Assembly: GCA_001801885.1 (NCBI GenBank)
Contig: MGYU01000075.1
Location: 1-52,668 of the forward strand
Reading direction: 5' to 3'
Origin: Gammaproteobacteria bacterium RIFCSPLOWO2_12_47_11
GTDB taxonomy: Bacteria; Pseudomonadota; Gammaproteobacteria; Eutrophobiales; Eutrophobiaceae
Length of the DNA stretch: 52,668 nt
The translations under genes and the position numbers were made by a program. Within the stretch, counting starts at the first letter, position 1; every line of letters starts with the position of its first letter. Positions 22,901 through 31,131 of the stretch are shown here, in pieces. The notes under the pieces are model-generated. The model made no database searches and was not told the origin of the DNA. It saw only the letters and a program-made list of their open reading frames with translations.

Positions 22901-23354
22901 GGGCAGGATGGCGGAGGTTATTCTTGAAGACCGTACCGCACGGACCCATGTCACAGTCTATTCAGACAAATTTGAACAATACCGGAATCATTTGATAAAA
23001 GATCAGTTGATAATTGTAAGGGGCGAAGTAGTCAAGGATGATTTTATTGAATCAGGGTATTCAATCACCGCCAGGGAAATTTATGATATAGAACAGATCA
23101 GGGACAAGTGTGCCAGGATCAGGATTAAATTATCGGCCGCACTTTCATTAAAGGACACGACTGAATCGATACAGAAGATTCTCTCATCAAATCGCAGTGG
23201 TAACTGTAAAATCAGCATTCAATATCAAAATTCCAACGCAATCTGTAATCTTGATATGGGTGAAAAGTGGAGGGTAAATGCCAACGATAAATTACTGGAA
23301 TCATTGAAAATTTTACTGGGAAACGATAATGTTTCACTTGAATATATAATATAA
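19905..23354 (+). CDS. dnaE: DNA polymerase III alpha subunit
   Basis: The protein starts MPDTFVHLNVHTEFSLVDG (PHP domain). It has polymerase core motifs (GPGRGSGAGSLVAYALGIT, PDFDIDF, FNKSHSAAYAL) and an OB-fold C terminus. The track start at 19851 overlaps rnhB and is unlikely. Confidence 0.95.
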   Translation: MPDTFVHLNVHTEFSLVDGMLRIDDLTSAVVQAGMPACAVTEQNNMFSVIKFYRAAEAKGVKPVIGAEIGVINNESSNEACRMTLLCQNLDGYHNLAKLITRSYTECQIQGVAYVKKEWLAAYAHGLIVLSGGKDGDVGQALISGNEQHACELLQYWKSVFGDRYYLELQRTGRSGEEQYIVGAVHLAEKYDMPVVATNDVRFLVREDHEAHEARVCIQQGYTLNDPRRPRQYSEEQYLRSPREMIDLFLDIPEAVENTLIIAKRCNLELKLGENYLPHFPVPDGYNQDDWLRHQAKKGLAHRSTAGFISPEKFSDYQQRLDNELDVIIGMGFPGYFLIVADFIQWAKDQAIPVGPGRGSGAGSLVAYALGITELDPLQYDLLFERFLNPERVSLPDFDIDFCMDRRDEVIDYVSTSYGRDHVSQIITHGTMAAKAVVRDVGRVLGFPYGFVDQIAKLVPFELDITLERALEKEPVLKQRYDQEENVNTLINLALKLEGLARNAGRHAGGIVIAPEPLTHYMPLYCEQGSTATVSQFDMGDVEAVGLVKFDFLGLRTLTIIDNTVHDINRSLKSDDKKLHIASIPMNDQMAYDLIRRTETTAIFQLESDGMKKLIKRLQPDSFDDLIALVALFRPGPLQSGMVDDYIERKHGRARVHYLHPKLEHILRPTYGVILYQEQVMQIAQILAGYTLGAADLLRRAMGKKKPEEMAMQREIFTSGAVANGVDVHIATTIFDLMEKFAGYGFNKSHSAAYALIAYQTTWLKAHYPAAFMAAVLSSDMDNTDKVVMLLDELNRMQIRLELPDVNKSAYMFTVEDSQTIRYGLGAIKGVGRAAIDNIIQERERNGSFGDLFDLCRRIELKKVNKRVFEALIKSGAMDALGPARSSLMASLGSALQLAEQSKQNAISGQDDMFGLDEVLHHGRKDNQKSEFIHVADWSNEERLGGEKETLGIYLTGHPIIRYEEELDKFISTRLKDLRPGNVVVAGYIHRIRSRSGIRGRMAEVILEDRTARTHVTVYSDKFEQYRNHLIKDQLIIVRGEVVKDDFIESGYSITAREIYDIEQIRDKCARIRIKLSAALSLKDTTESIQKILSSNRSGNCKISIQYQNSNAICNLDMGEKWRVNANDKLLESLKILLGNDNVSLEYII

Positions 23355-23452
23355 ACAACATCAGCGGAATTTAATCAAACAAATGGACACATTACAGAAT
23401 GGCTGACAAAACAACAAATGGCTCCAAAGAGAATGACGGCAAGGAATCAGTC

Positions 23453-24403
23453 ATGAATTTCCTCGATTTTGAACAACCCATTGCCGAACTTGATGCCAAA
23501 ATCAGGGAATTACGTTATGTGGGTGATGACAAGGAGATTAATATCAACGATGAAATTATTCGCTTGCAAAAAAAGAGCAAGGACATGATTTCATCCATAT
23601 TTTCGTCTCTGACCGCCTGGCAGATTTCCCAGGTATCACGTCATCCTGCCCGCCCGTACACGTTGGACTATATAGGTCGTTTATTTTCTGATTTTGATGA
23701 ATTGCATGGAGACAGGAATTATTCGGATGATCCGGCTATTATTTGTGGTATTGCCAGATTCAGGGACCAGCCGGTAGCAATTATCGGACATCAGAAAGGT
23801 CGTGATACGAAAGAGAGAATCTACAGAAATTACGGCATGCCCAGACCCGAGGGATATCGCAAGGCATTAAGAATTATGAAGTTGGCTGAACGTTTTTCAC
23901 TGCCGATTTTTACATTTATTGATACACCTGGCGCATATCCCGGGATAGGTGCCGAAGAACGTGGGCAGAGTGAAGCCATATCCAGAAATTTATTGGCCAT
24001 GTCCGGTCTCAAGACGCCGATAATCTCGACCGTCATAGGTGAAGGTGGTTCAGGCGGTGCTTTGGCGATTGGTGTATCCGACAGATTATTGATGCTTGAA
24101 TACAGTACCTACTCTGTCATTTCTCCTGAAGGTTGTGCATCTATACTTTGGAAGAGCGCTGACAAGGCGGAGGTGGCTGCGGAAGTGATGGGGATTACGG
24201 CGAAACGCCTGTCAGAACTCGGGCTTGTTGATCAGGTAGTCAATGAACCATTGGGCGGTGCGCACCGTGACTATGCTGCTGCAGCAACTTATCTTGAGAG
24301 TGCGTTATCCGGAATATTTGATGATTTATGTAGCAGAAGCATTGAGCAACTGTTGACAGAAAGACAAACAAAAATACGTCAGTACGGATTTTATAATGCC
24401 TGA
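23453..24403 (+). CDS. accA: acetyl-CoA carboxylase carboxyltransferase alpha subunit
   Basis: [17 protein letters not shown] matches the E. coli-type N terminus, and [20 protein letters not shown] is present. AAGGA lies 8 nt upstream of the ATG at 23453. An alternative upstream ATG at 23399 would add 18 aa. Confidence 0.93.
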   Translation: MNFLDFEQPIAELDAKIRELRYVGDDKEININDEIIRLQKKSKDMISSIFSSLTAWQISQVSRHPARPYTLDYIGRLFSDFDELHGDRNYSDDPAIICGIARFRDQPVAIIGHQKGRDTKERIYRNYGMPRPEGYRKALRIMKLAERFSLPIFTFIDTPGAYPGIGAEERGQSEAISRNLLAMSGLKTPIISTVIGEGGSGGALAIGVSDRLLMLEYSTYSVISPEGCASILWKSADKAEVAAEVMGITAKRLSELGLVDQVVNEPLGGAHRDYAAAATYLESALSGIFDDLCSRSIEQLLTERQTKIRQYGFYNA

Positions 24404-24463
24404 TATCATGACTGGACAACGGTTCATTATTTCCGGTTTTGTTTCTCTATTTGTCGCTAACAC

Positions 24464-25795
24464 TTGAATAAGTTATCAATATCATTTGCCCGCATACTGG
24501 AAATTATTTGCAGGCTGCCAACCCCTGATCGACTCTGGCTTGCATACAGTGGCGGCGTGGATTCCAGTGTGTTACTGCATATTCTTGCCAATAACAGGGA
24601 GAATCTGGTATCAGAACTGACAGCAGTGCATGTAAATCACCAATTGAGCCCGGATGCGGATACCTGGGCTAGTTGTTGCAGATCCATATGCGAAAAAACA
24701 AATATCGAGTTTAAAATAATTACTATTAATGCAAAAAAAATAAAAGGGTTCAGTCAGGAAGCACACGCCAGAGAAATGCGTTATGCTGCACTGGAAAATG
24801 TTATAGGGGAAGGTGATCTGTTATTAACAGCCCATCATAAAGATGATCAGGCGGAAACACTGATTCAGCAATTGATGCGTGGAGCCGGTCCGGAAGGTCT
24901 GGCTGGAATGCCGGAAATAAAAAAATACGGACATGGCTGGCTGGCAAGGCCATTACTGGAATATTCAAGAGAACAGATAAGGGATTATGCAGAGCATCAT
25001 GGTTTGATATGGATTGAAGATGAAAGCAATCAGGATACCAATATAGACAGGAACTATATTCGTACTCATGTCATTCCATGTTTGCAACAGCGCTGGCCAT
25101 CCACAGTGGACGTTATATCACGTTCTGCAAGTCATCAGGCTGATGTTATCAATATACTCAAGGAAATTGCAGAACATGATATAGAAAATAATTCTGGAGA
25201 TAAATTAAATATCCTGAATATTGTTGATCTTAAAAAATTATCAGATACAAGGATGAGAAACCTGATCAGATACTGGCTGAAAAAAAATGGACATCAACCT
25301 GCAAGCACTACTGTTACAGAAATTATAATCAAGGAACTTATTTACGCGGGAGATGACAGAATGCCAAGTATTAGATGGCATGAAACTGAAGTCAGACGTT
25401 ATCGCAACAATATTTATGTTATGAAACCTTTGACGGAATTACACTTGGACACTCCGTTATCATGGAACCTGGACAAGCCACTGGATTATGATTATGGCCG
25501 CCTGGTAGCCACGCAGGTTGTAGGCAAGGGAATAAGATCTGAATTAGTAAATAATAACCTGATTGAGGTGCGATTCAGGACAGGCGGCGAAACAATACGC
25601 CCTGCAGGAAGAAAAGAAACGCACAAACTCAAGAAATTATTTCAGGATTCAGGTGTACCACCATGGCAACGTGACAGGGTGCCGTTATTATTTATTGACG
25701 GTAAACTTGCCGCCGTCACCGGTTACTGGATAGACGAAAGTTTTATTGCCAGGGGAACAGAGCCGGGTTGGGAAGTATCACTGACTGAATATTAA
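24464..25795 (+). CDS. tilS: tRNA(Ile)-lysidine synthetase
   Basis: PP-loop motif LAYSGGVDSSVLL, HHKDDQAETL and a TilS C-terminal domain. The apparent start is TTG. Confidence 0.9.
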   Translation: MNKLSISFARILEIICRLPTPDRLWLAYSGGVDSSVLLHILANNRENLVSELTAVHVNHQLSPDADTWASCCRSICEKTNIEFKIITINAKKIKGFSQEAHAREMRYAALENVIGEGDLLLTAHHKDDQAETLIQQLMRGAGPEGLAGMPEIKKYGHGWLARPLLEYSREQIRDYAEHHGLIWIEDESNQDTNIDRNYIRTHVIPCLQQRWPSTVDVISRSASHQADVINILKEIAEHDIENNSGDKLNILNIVDLKKLSDTRMRNLIRYWLKKNGHQPASTTVTEIIIKELIYAGDDRMPSIRWHETEVRRYRNNIYVMKPLTELHLDTPLSWNLDKPLDYDYGRLVATQVVGKGIRSELVNNNLIEVRFRTGGETIRPAGRKETHKLKKLFQDSGVPPWQRDRVPLLFIDGKLAAVTGYWIDESFIARGTEPGWEVSLTEY

Positions 25796-25804
25796 ATAAC
25801 TTGA

Positions 25805-26608
25805 TTGGAAAGCAGCATAGTATTAAAAATAATTCATAATTATATGATTAATATGAGTATTATCAGAAAGCTCCTGGGCAGGACCAATTCAACCAGCGGG
25901 GTATCACCTTTACGGCAGCATGCCGCACAGCTTGCTGAACATGAAGGACTCAACCAGCGTTTACAAAATATCTATGGACGGGAAAAGATTGAACTACAGA
26001 TGCTCTATGAGAAATGGGTGGTCAAGGACACCTGGCTGTTAAAACATGAAGCCTTGCCTCTGTTATTTGGTATTGATCCGGAAAGCAATACACAGCTATT
26101 ACAGCCTGAACTGCTAGATAATATCAATCAACAGTGGTGCCATTCTAAAGATTGTGTGGAGCAGGGATTACTTAAGGTGATTAACCGGGAACAAGCAGAA
26201 GAAAACTGGCGCGTCAGCCCACTCGATATCTATCGCTGGGCCAGGATCAGCCGTATGCAGTTACCCGATGTCTTTAACAGGATGATGGAATATGTCTCCA
26301 GAACTATAAAACAACCGGAATTACAAAAAGCTTCCCAGGACGATTCCAATATTGATTATGGTTATATTAAATTTGATGAAAACCGGGAGAAGGTGTTGGG
26401 TATTGCTCTTGCACTGTTGGCTGCCTACCCGGAGAAGTGCAAAAACAGCCGTGGACAGGTGAAGGTGGATAAAATTGCCGGCCTGATATATGAGAAAGGT
26501 GAATTATGGCTGGGTAATGAATCACTGGATCTGTCAACAACTGTAATCAGGGATTTAATCAGTAAGTGGTTAAATACCCTGCCAGCGCCACCAGACGCTA
26601 ATGGGTAA
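25805..26608 (+). CDS. hypothetical protein (no recognisable domain)
   Basis: Long ORF with no competing conserved gene on the opposite strand. The start is uncertain (TTG 25805, or ATG 25844/25853). The 3' end overlaps the convergent vWA-FHA gene by 11 nt. I recognise no motif. Confidence 0.55.
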   Translation: MESSIVLKIIHNYMINMSIIRKLLGRTNSTSGVSPLRQHAAQLAEHEGLNQRLQNIYGREKIELQMLYEKWVVKDTWLLKHEALPLLFGIDPESNTQLLQPELLDNINQQWCHSKDCVEQGLLKVINREQAEENWRVSPLDIYRWARISRMQLPDVFNRMMEYVSRTIKQPELQKASQDDSNIDYGYIKFDENREKVLGIALALLAAYPEKCKNSRGQVKVDKIAGLIYEKGELWLGNESLDLSTTVIRDLISKWLNTLPAPPDANG

Positions 26609-28115
26609 ACGGCGCCCTGGTATTCTGCATTTCAGTCACTTCTTCGAATGTATAGTCTGCCGGTAACAGCGTAAATCTGAGATTAATATCACCGATTTCA
26701 ATAATATCGCCTTCACGCAGGATTTGTTTATCGGTCTTTTTATTATTTACATAGACCCCGTTTAATGAGCCCAGGTCGGTGATTGTAAATATATCACCTT
26801 TGTCACGATCAATTTCGGCATGCCTTCTTGAAACAGAACTGTCCCGCAGTGTCATTTCATTATCTGTACTCCGCCCGATTCTCCATATGGTGTTTGTTAT
26901 CGGGTAACGTTTTTTTGTCTCGTCCTGGAATACCAGATATGCATAGGGTTTGAATTCCTTATAACTATTGGATACCGCCTGCCTCTTTTTATCCTGATTG
27001 TTAATGATCAGGAAAAAAGCAGCGATTGTAATTATCAATAGAATGATCAGGGCTGCTGGTATCCCGTACCATAACCACAAATTTATCTTACCGGCTGGCA
27101 ATTCTCTGGTAATGACGACAGGCTGTTGAGCAAGTGCTTGGGCAGGGGTAATTCCAGCTTGTGCAGGCTGGGTGGGTTCCGCCTGTTTTAGTGTACGAGT
27201 TGTGGGTAAACTAACCGGAATTTCGGCCTGGTATTTGCCAGTATCCGTTTCAAACAACAGATTAATAATAAAGTTTTCTTTACTCCGGCCGTTGAGCAAT
27301 GAAGATAAATCGATATTGAATCTGCCGCCATTATCAATACTGTCAAAGGGATTATTCAAAAAAGCCTCTGGCAATTTTAAATTGCGGTCCACTTCAATAA
27401 ACTGGCCGCCGGTTTCATCACTCAGCCTGCGTAATGTTTGCAGGGCGACTGAAAGCGCCACAGAGCGTGGATAACCCAGTCCGGTTATCACAACACCCGT
27501 CTGTTTTGCGGCCTTGATGACATCATTATGAAAATAGGCCGTATCTTCCGCCAGACCATCAGAAAAAAGATAGACTGATTTACGATCAGCTTTCACTTTT
27601 CCAAGCAGATCAATCGCTGTCAGAACGCTTCGGTATAATTCTGTAGTTTGACCAATAGCACGTAATCTTTCTGCTGCCGTCTTAATCTGTTCATTTGATG
27701 TCCCGATAGGTACTTCAAGCGATAATGCCTTGTTAAAACTGGCCAGGCCAATCCTGTGGTGTTCACTGGAGGAGCCCAGTATACTTGCAATATCCTTTTT
27801 ATTCTGGTCTATGATGTTTTGACGGGCCGGATCGCTGGTGTCAATTACCAGCAAGATTGCTGTGACGGCATCTTTCCAGGGATAATGTTCTGTATTACTT
27901 ACAGACAGTGTTTTGTCATCTCCGCTGGCCGTAATCGCGAGGACTGGCTCGGCGGTTTTTAATCGATAATCGCAATTTAATTTTTTATTTGACCCGGATG
28001 GGAGGCAGGAAACGGCAAGATTATCTGAAATTACCGGCACCCCGTAAACAGGATGCGCCGCCATAAATAGTATGGATAACAATAAAATTACGGTTATTTT
28101 AGTTTCTCTTTTCAT
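26598..28115 (-). CDS. signal peptide + periplasmic vWA-like domain + single TM + cytoplasmic FHA domain protein
   Basis: The signal peptide is KITVILLLSILFMAAHPVYG. vWA/MIDAS-like elements are LLVIDTSDP, GQTTELY and YLFSDGL. The TM segment is WLWYGIPAALIILLIITIAAFFLII. The FHA signature is WRIGRSTDNEMTLRDSSVSRRHAEI....GSLNGVYVNNKK...GDIIEIGDINLRF. Confidence 0.85.
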   Translation of the reverse strand: MKRETKITVILLLSILFMAAHPVYGVPVISDNLAVSCLPSGSNKKLNCDYRLKTAEPVLAITASGDDKTLSVSNTEHYPWKDAVTAILLVIDTSDPARQNIIDQNKKDIASILGSSSEHHRIGLASFNKALSLEVPIGTSNEQIKTAAERLRAIGQTTELYRSVLTAIDLLGKVKADRKSVYLFSDGLAEDTAYFHNDVIKAAKQTGVVITGLGYPRSVALSVALQTLRRLSDETGGQFIEVDRNLKLPEAFLNNPFDSIDNGGRFNIDLSSLLNGRSKENFIINLLFETDTGKYQAEIPVSLPTTRTLKQAEPTQPAQAGITPAQALAQQPVVITRELPAGKINLWLWYGIPAALIILLIITIAAFFLIINNQDKKRQAVSNSYKEFKPYAYLVFQDETKKRYPITNTIWRIGRSTDNEMTLRDSSVSRRHAEIDRDKGDIFTITDLGSLNGVYVNNKKTDKQILREGDIIEIGDINLRFTLLPADYTFEEVTEMQNTRAPFTH

Positions 28116-28124
28116 GTGTCATTA

Positions 28125-28643
28125 TTATTTGTCCGGAAACATCGGATCGGGTAGATCATAAAACTGTATTTTAATACTTTCTTGCCCTGATCGGGGTGCA
28201 TCCCTCAATTCATCGATAATATTATCACGATCTTCGACTTCACCAAGTTGCGCTATCCCTTTGTTCAGATTTGAATTTGCCTTGATTACCATCTCATGCA
28301 ATGCATTTGAATACTCCAGCCGGTGTGCCCGGGGGGGAGAAGGTGATGCCAGGTTCTCAATCCGGGACACCCAAAGATATACAGCCCCGCCTTCTCCGGT
28401 GATCTTGTTCGGTTGCCGAACATGGGCCGCAATTAGTTGAAACCGCTCTGGCAGAATTTCAGAAGTAGGCCAGCCGAGCAGGGGAGGATAGGATAAGTAA
28501 GTTACGATATAGAATACCGAAGTTAATATGATCGTCCCGGCCTTTACTTTCCATGACCAGTTGGAGTAAAGATTGATACTGAGCAATATCAATCCAATTA
28601 AAACATAGGCAGCAACCAGTCCTGGTATTCCCAAGATAAACAT
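28125..28643 (-). CDS. 2-TM membrane protein, unknown function
   Basis: It has two N-terminal hydrophobic helices followed by a soluble domain of about 110 aa. It lies 9 nt upstream of the vWA-FHA gene and 34 nt downstream of the ExbD-like gene. No motif recognised. Confidence 0.6.
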   Translation of the reverse strand: MFILGIPGLVAAYVLIGLILLSINLYSNWSWKVKAGTIILTSVFYIVTYLSYPPLLGWPTSEILPERFQLIAAHVRQPNKITGEGGAVYLWVSRIENLASPSPPRAHRLEYSNALHEMVIKANSNLNKGIAQLGEVEDRDNIIDELRDAPRSGQESIKIQFYDLPDPMFPDK

Positions 28644-28677
28644 ATTTATCCCCTGTTTCCAAAGATTATTATGATTT

Positions 28678-29274
28678 TTATTGACCTAATATGACAAGCT
28701 GTTTTGGCAGAAAATTAATGTCAGAGATATCTCCGTCTCTTCCTACCTTGAACCGTAATACGGTTTTTTCATCACCCTTGTTCTCAAGAGTAACCGTCCC
28801 GTAGTATTTGACTTCAAGTTTTGGATTGACCTTGTCCAGACGAATTTTTGTCTCTACCGGTTTGCCGGTTTCCGTTGCATAGTAATGGAGGTTTAAAACA
28901 TATTCGCCCGGGACCACACCACGCAATGTGACCACTTCCTGGTTCAGCGGGTTGGATACTTCTTCGCCATTGATAGTGATTGTATCGTTGATTAACCCAC
29001 GATCATCACGATCAAGATGTAATAATCCTGCCGCCGGATTTCTGAACCATATGAGCTGTCCTTCCGGATCTTCTATCCAGGTATCGATATCATCCGGGCT
29101 GTTGTCTTCCCAGGTAATGGTAATAATGTATTCTGCCTTGGGGTCAATAATGCCGGATTTGGCCTCTGGATTCATAAACATAATCGCAACCAGGAACAGA
29201 AAGGTAAATCCGAGCAAGGCATTGAATAACAAATCTGTAAACGGGTCCGCCTGAGTGCGTTGCTTGTAGAACAT
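28678..29274 (-). CDS. ExbD/TolR-like TM subunit with non-canonical periplasmic beta-rich domain
   Basis: The N-terminal DPFTDLLFNALLGFTFLFLVAIMF resembles the ExbD/TolR TM helix with its conserved Asp (TP-x-I-D-V-M-L-V-LL-IFM). The remainder (DIDTWIEDPEGQLIWFRNP...LHLDRDDRG...PGEYVLNLHYY) is unlike the ExbD periplasmic domain. It recalls DUF2135/YfaP-like beta-sandwich motifs from memory. It lies 4 nt downstream of the ExbB-like gene. Confidence 0.6.
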   Translation of the reverse strand: MFYKQRTQADPFTDLLFNALLGFTFLFLVAIMFMNPEAKSGIIDPKAEYIITITWEDNSPDDIDTWIEDPEGQLIWFRNPAAGLLHLDRDDRGLINDTITINGEEVSNPLNQEVVTLRGVVPGEYVLNLHYYATETGKPVETKIRLDKVNPKLEVKYYGTVTLENKGDEKTVLRFKVGRDGDISDINFLPKQLVILGQ

Positions 29275-29278
29275 TAGA

Positions 29279-30061
29279 TCAGTTTATCTTGGGTAGTATA
29301 TAAACCTGGGCCAGGTGTCTGGTTGCCTCCATCAATTTATCCACGCTGGTGTCGAGCATGTGATATTGACTGGCAGCCAGCATACTACCGACCAGGCCTG
29401 CCAGGGTTGTATACAGTGCAGTACCCATTCCTATACTCATATGTTTCAGGATCTTCTGCATGGATGTCACATCAAAATCAGTAATGTTGGCAACCGAGCC
29501 CAACATGAAAATGAACCCGATGATGGTGCCGAGCAGACCAAGTTTGATCATGATGTCAGCCGAGAACCAGCCTATTTCATGCGGCCGTTTCAGTTTTGAT
29601 TCGTATACTTCAATCAGATCGGTATTGCTGTCTACAATATGATCATCCGTCTTTGCGTGATTAGTACCCTTGTTAAGCAGGTCATGTATATAACTTGTGA
29701 CTATGCAATCAGGAAGTACTGTATTTCCATTAATATGTACCTTGTCACCTACCATATGTAATTGAATGTTAGCATTATCACGCACCAGTGCTTCAACTAC
29801 TCTTGAATCATTGATTTGCCTGGAGATATACGCAACACGCAAGGCACAATGGATGGCCACAAATATATACAGGATGGTAATTGCATAGGATATATAACTT
29901 TTATCGCTTGAATATAATAACAGCAACACATTTTCGTGCCATGCCAGGGTGACTGCGAAGATAAATATGCCAGTGAAGATAAGCCAGGCAAGCAATAAAT
30001 GGTGCATTCCCTCTTGTAAAGATTCTTCTGGTGTAATGAAGGTTTTTATATCAATTTTCAT
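29279..30061 (-). CDS. MotA/TolQ/ExbB proton-channel family protein (atypical, 4 predicted TM)
   Basis: The C-terminal half has the family signature KLGLLGTIIGFIFMLG and GMGTALYTTLAGLVGSMLAASQY. Two extra N-terminal TM helices are present. The start is set at MKIDIK (30061), which overlaps the DUF302-like gene stop by 11 nt. The track start is 30097. Confidence 0.8.
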   Translation of the reverse strand: MKIDIKTFITPEESLQEGMHHLLLAWLIFTGIFIFAVTLAWHENVLLLLYSSDKSYISYAITILYIFVAIHCALRVAYISRQINDSRVVEALVRDNANIQLHMVGDKVHINGNTVLPDCIVTSYIHDLLNKGTNHAKTDDHIVDSNTDLIEVYESKLKRPHEIGWFSADIMIKLGLLGTIIGFIFMLGSVANITDFDVTSMQKILKHMSIGMGTALYTTLAGLVGSMLAASQYHMLDTSVDKLMEATRHLAQVYILPKIN

Positions 30062-30536
30062 ATGGTTTTGACCATTCCAGTGCTGCGTAATCGACAATTT
30101 TTATTAATTGGTTGTTCAAGGCATGCATCAGTTCATTTAACCTGATATCGGTATTTTGTTCAGGCCATAGTGGAGCTGAAATAATATATGAGTTTGCCTT
30201 GCCTCTTACCGTAACCCGGCCCGGGCAGGTATTGATCAGTTCCGGGTCCAATTCAAGCATTTTCTGGGCAAATGTCAGGTTACAATACAATATTACCTCG
30301 TAATCAGGAAAATCTTCATTTCCACGCAATTTGATCGCCTGCCCAATATGCAGGCGATCCACAATTCGCAGATTATGTTCTGTCATTGCAAATTCAATGT
30401 CTTCAAGAATGTCCTGCAGCGATTTGTCAGAGGATATTTCATAATTATTATTTTGACCGCTTGCATGGGCATGTGTATGAAATGAAAGAAACAGGCTGAG
30501 AAAAATTATAACGAATATATGAGGATATTGATGCAT
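30051..30536 (-). CDS. secreted DUF302-like protein
   Basis: Signal peptide IFVIIFLSLFLSFHTHAHA. The body (NLRIVDRLHIGQ...YEVILYCNLTFAQKMLELDPELINTCPGRVTV) fits my memory of the DUF302 pattern. Confidence 0.6.
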   Translation of the reverse strand: MHQYPHIFVIIFLSLFLSFHTHAHASGQNNNYEISSDKSLQDILEDIEFAMTEHNLRIVDRLHIGQAIKLRGNEDFPDYEVILYCNLTFAQKMLELDPELINTCPGRVTVRGKANSYIISAPLWPEQNTDIRLNELMHALNNQLIKIVDYAALEWSKPYEN

Positions 30537-30567
30537 TAATCAGACATATTGTTCTGGTAAAAAAAGG

Positions 30568-31131
30568 TCATTCTCTAATGATCACTTTTGTCCCAATGGT
30601 CACATACTGCTTTAATTCCATGATCTGTTCATTGGTAAGCGCGATACAACCATTGGTCCAGTTAAAGCCATTATGAATCTGGAGTTGTTGATCATCCTGC
30701 TGGCCGATGCCATGTATACCGATATATCCTCCAAGCCTCGTGTCCTGCGGAGGTTTTTGTCGGGTCTTGTAGGCAACAGCAATTTTTTTAAATTCGTTGG
30801 CAGAAATAACATTATTTTTATAGCCATACCAGGCATCCAGTAAATTAGGATAGTCAATCTGTATGAAGTAGTAAAACTGGCTGTCATTCTTGAAGTCTAT
30901 GACTTTGTAAATACCGAGAGGTGTTTTTTTGTCGCCATGTTCCCGCTTGGTGCCATTTCCGCCCTTGCCGGTCGCGATATGAAACTGTTTAACAGTCTGC
31001 TCTCCTTTTACAACAGCAAGTTCCTGTTTTGATTTGGTAATGACGATGTCATAGTCATTACTCATGGCATAAGCCATATTGCACAGCAACATCAAGCACA
31101 GTGTTTTCAGTATTATTCTTCGTATTAGCAT
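30568..31131 (-). CDS. L,D-transpeptidase (YkuD domain)
   Basis: Signal peptide plus the catalytic signature GIHG......TNGCIALTNEQ (H-x-G ... S/T-x-G-C-I-x-L). Confidence 0.85.
   Translation of the reverse strand: MLIRRIILKTLCLMLLCNMAYAMSNDYDIVITKSKQELAVVKGEQTVKQFHIATGKGGNGTKREHGDKKTPLGIYKVIDFKNDSQFYYFIQIDYPNLLDAWYGYKNNVISANEFKKIAVAYKTRQKPPQDTRLGGYIGIHGIGQQDDQQLQIHNGFNWTNGCIALTNEQIMELKQYVTIGTKVIIRE

Noticed and set aside
23399-23452. 18-aa N-terminal extension of AccA ([18 protein letters not shown]).
   Set aside because: The E. coli-type N terminus begins at MNFLDFEQP, and that ATG has its own SD-like AAGGA. The extension is possible but not supported.
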